This document shows positions 61,901-64,000 of a stretch of DNA of 64,000 nt, in pieces; the first letter of the stretch is position 1; every line of letters begins with the position of its first letter. Source of the DNA: Phoronis australis (taxonomy: Eukaryota > Animalia > Phoronida); the NCBI GenBank assembly GCA_002633005.1, contig NMRA01000096.1, forward strand, positions 124,001 through 188,000. Direction: 5' to 3'. The notes under the pieces are model-generated. The model was not told the DNA's origin, ran no database searches, and worked only from the letters and a program-made list of their open reading frames with translations. A program made the position numbers and the translations under genes.

Positions 61901-63640
61901 CACCTCACTCAAGAGGCACCCCCCCAACTCCCGGTTGGTAGCTGTTAACTGATGCCTGGTGCCCCTCTTGGACGACAGCTGTGTAGCACTCCCCCCTTCG
62001 GCATCAGACCTCCCCCTTGCTATGCCACAGAGTCAGTCACTCGGTATGCTAGTTGCTATGAAGACCAGACCATCGTGCTGAATTGTGTTTACCTGCCTGC
62101 CATGAACTGAGTCATTAATAAAATTGTCTTGCATGAATTGTTGTCTCTTGACCTTGAATGTATGCTTTTTCATACCATTAATGTCAGAAATATTCAACAG
62201 TTGGGGTGACCAGCGACCGGTGTGGAGATTAAAATTCGTAGCAACTTGCGGAGACATTACAATATGAACGCAAAATTACAATGAGTTTTAATTGACGGAA
62301 TTGAAGATTTTTTTGCTCTGAACAGAGGGCCATAACCCCCGTAGGTGCCTCCCTTCCTATGCCAGTCTCTCACAACAAAATGAAGATAAAAACATGAGTA
62401 AGACAGATTGGGCTGGTAGTCGCGTCCACAGTCTCCATGTAAACAAACAACGGCGCCATCTATCATCTAGACGAAGAACGCATGCCAGTCACAATTTATG
62501 TACATGTTTCTTTGTAATAAGCAATAATCACCAGTGTGGCTTTGAAAGAATGGCAATTAGTAGCGCTGTCTGCTTTTTTACTAAAATACAAGCTTTTTAT
62601 GTCGTATTTGCAAGCTAATTACACATTTCAAGAAGCCCCCTATTGGTGGTTGAGGCAACTGAGAACAGGCAAATAGGACGAAGTGCAGTTCGGGTAATGC
62701 TTCATAAGCAAAAATTACGGGAGTGGCAAGATTTTTTAATTTTGATTATGAAGAGGTTAGGAATGATTTAACAAATTATTATAAGGTCAGTTTTTGAAAA
62801 GGTGCAATATGGCTGCTACAGAGTGCCAAAGTTGGCCGAAAATGTCTTCAGGAAAAACCTGCAAAATAGTCGTTTTTGCCACACAAAGTCAAGGCGTACA
62901 AACTTGAAAATGAATTTTGAAAGTTATGCCATTAAATTTTTCAATCATAGTCCTTTAAAACCGTATCACTCATTTGTTATCATGCAAGTAAAATGCATTC
63001 AAACATGTCTACTTCGGCGTCCAATTTTGTTGCAAAATGGACATACATGCCATAAAAAGAGAAATAATGGATGGAAATTCTTAAAAAGTGAAATTTTTCT
63101 ACAGCTCACCAAACCAAACTCATATGCTAAGTCTCAAAAAATCTGTGATTTTGGGTATAGACTCTACCTGACGGTTTTTATATGGAGTCACTCTTAATGA
63201 AAAAGTCTTTGCTAGAGATAAAAACAATTTCTAATGTACAAAAAGTGACAAGCCTGTTATATGCCCTAAATATTTTTTTGAAAACTGTGCTCTTACGTGA
63301 TTTTGTTTATTCTGTTGTCATAGCAGACAGTGTTTACCAGCACTGGCACATATGAAATATGGTAAAGGAGACCCAACCACAATTTTTAAGGGAAAATGTC
63401 TGTGCAAGCCTTGAAAATGTCGAGTTTTTTAAAATGTCTCTCGATGGTCCGGGAACAAACTTAGTAAGATTCATTGATTATTTAATTGCGAAAAACAACC
63501 TTGATGACGCAACTCCAAATTTCATCGGCTGGGTTGCAAACACATTTACCTTAAACCCACAGCAGCTTCCAGTTCCGTAGTCAGAACAAACTCAAACTGA
63601 TCGGTGAAATTAAACGCTTCCTGCATGAACACGCTGTGCT
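31952..63640 (-). CDS. TXNDC16: Thioredoxin domain-containing protein 16 (ERp90), last 14 coding exons; 5' exons lie beyond the window
   Basis: Exons (minus) 63640-63550, 60387-60234, 59450-59284, 54544-54318, 53878-53714, 52732-52504, 52218-52103, 51089-51005, 50197-50044, 47840-47677, 46978-46873, 36761-36665, 32620-32504, 32160-31952, all GT-AG with matching phases. Motifs [86 protein letters not shown] follow recalled TXNDC16 in order; ends HTEL*. Confidence 0.9.
33723..35350 (-). mobile_element. 5'-truncated non-LTR retrotransposon (CR1/L2-group LINE) reverse transcriptase region with 3' tail
   Basis: ORF 35169-34021 has LTNIMNLSLKTATIPREWKMAVVTPVFKDG..NYRPTSVLPAVSKILE..QSGF and GKRSFIYAAAIIWNS; frameshift near 35220; (ATAA)n-like tail at 33723-33741; gap 34303-34712 inside. 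Confidence 0.9.
37460..37690 (+). mobile_element. Penelope-like element relic (GIY-YIG endonuclease C-terminus)
   Basis: Translation AVYIHLHKQTHD..NENVEILR*EKNWFERGVLEAIYI resembles the Penelope WFERGVKEAIYI motif; 37460-37482 is an inverted copy of 37536-37558. Confidence 0.7.
37780..37925 (-). mobile_element. tRNA-derived SINE head
   Basis: Minus strand A box TGGCCTAGTGTGG (37912-37900) and B box GGTTCGAATCC (37868-37858) at tRNA-like spacing; no intact cloverleaf seen. Confidence 0.7.
38850..39111 (-). pseudogene. Degenerate THAP zinc-finger domain, probably from a DNA transposon (P-element type)
   Basis: MVGCCVAGCS...LYICSRHFDDGCF has the THAP CxxxxC and CSxHF motifs but lacks the conserved FP/W core; downstream frames are broken. 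Confidence 0.6.
39380..39846 (-). mobile_element. RNase H relic of a non-LTR retrotransposon
   Basis: ILIWSFVPGLPGVLINEHADYLA matches the RNase H motif WVPGHxGIxGNExADxLA with the His lost. Confidence 0.7.
41743..42196 (+). CDS. Class A GPCR, melatonin-receptor-like, TM1-TM4 only (cut at gap 42197); nested antisense in a TXNDC16 intron
   Basis: N-terminal NTT sequon, TM1 GLVGNILII, TM2 NPGNIFIVVLALADLLV, ECL1 Cys, TM3 LIAINRF (NRY-type motif of melatonin/Tre1/moody-like receptors), start of TM4; no stops before the N. Confidence 0.85.
43740..46495 (+). mobile_element. pearl/HINE-like element split by a TTAA-target insertion
   Basis: Repeated GCCACTAGG-core units, GACG/GACA microsatellite 46389-46440 and terminal palindrome GCATCCACATATCTATATGGGTGC like 31567-31620. 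Confidence 0.7.
44567..45954. mobile_element. Non-autonomous TTAA-target DNA transposon (Kolobok-like)
   Basis: TTAA|GGTTATCTCCAACCTTATT ... AATAAGGCTGCAGATAACC|TTAA; removing it restores the host unit ATGAGAAGGCG..TGTCTCC-TTAA-TAGA seen intact at 43932-43987; internal inverted repeat 45523-45546/45665-45688. Confidence 0.8.
48052..49345 (+). mobile_element. pearl/HINE-like tandem array of degenerate ~150-175-bp units
   Basis: AAAATGGCCACTAGGAGG-type motif at about 48375, 48514, 48689, 48835, 49013, 49160, with alternating unit types. Confidence 0.7.
56780..58194. mobile_element. Non-autonomous Tc1/mariner-pogo-type transposon
   Basis: TA|CCGTATTCACCCTAATAAGTGCCCA ... TGGGCGCTTATTAGGGTGAATACGG|TA near-perfect 25-bp TIRs, with subterminal ATAAGCGCCC repeats. 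Confidence 0.9.
60435..63193 (+). mobile_element. Degenerate Sola3-like DNA transposon with protein relic
   Basis: TTAA|GAGGCAGTCTATATAAAAACTGTTA ... TGACGGTTTTTATATGGAGTCACTC|TTAA (GAG..CTC ends and TTAA flanks, as recalled for Sola3); internal broken ORF 61392-61637 with Cys/His motifs. Confidence 0.6.
61865..62030. mobile_element. hAT-type MITE nested in the Sola3-like element
   Basis: TIRs TAGTGGCGTAGC / GCTATGCCACAG with perfect 8-bp duplication AGTCAGTC (61857-61864, 62031-62038). Confidence 0.85.
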
Positions 63641-63698
63641 CTGTAAACAGTAGAAATAAAACAGTTTTAATTGTGCTTAGTCATTCAGCTGTAAATTA

Positions 63699-63970
63699 AC
63701 CAGGTGCCACTATGTCAGTGTATAATACCGTAGTTTAACAAAAGGGTTAGGAGAAAGTGAGCAAGTGAACCATCGTGGAACATTTTTTGTGAAATGACTG
63801 GTTTCTGCTATAAATTAAGCAGGTAACACTTTTCGTATAATGGATGGTTTCTGCTGTAAGTAAACCAGGTTTCACTATGTCAGTGTATAATAACGTAGTT
63901 TGACAAATGGATTATGAGAAAGAGAGCAAATAAACCACATAAATTGAACATCTTTTGTGACATGGCTGGT
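63699..63970. repeat. Degenerate tandem duplication, period 165 bp
   Basis: ACCAGGT..CACTATGTCAGTGTATAATA.CGTAGTTT at 63699 and 63864 with continuing similarity. Confidence 0.75.
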
Positions 63971-64000
63971 AGTGCGCAGTGAAGTGTGGAACAGTCATTC

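Overview
Intron-rich, AT-rich animal genomic DNA, probably from a marine invertebrate (lineage inferred only from repeat types), with assembly gaps at 12269, 34303-34712 and 42197. Reading splice sites by hand gives four multi-exon genes: the 3' end of WDR26 (+, 1-2560); a complete CNIH4 (-, 8062-13341) whose first intron is U12-type; a complete RPS6KC1 (+, 13634-25732), head-to-head with CNIH4 across 292 bp; and the last 14 exons of TXNDC16/ERp90 (-, 31952-63640, ending HTEL). A melatonin-receptor-like GPCR is nested antisense in a TXNDC16 intron and cut by a gap. Introns carry many transposons: Mutator-like foldbacks, TA-target, TTAA-target, hAT- and Harbinger-type MITEs, pearl/HINE-like satellite-bearing elements, LINE, Penelope, RNase H and THAP relics, and a tRNA-derived SINE. 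The most unusual structures are mirror-image sequence shared by the first introns of CNIH4 and RPS6KC1, a long foldback beside the U12 branch point, two probable haplotypes assembled in tandem, and a candidate alternative last exon for CNIH4. I found no clearly new biological system; all homology calls are from recall, not database searches.
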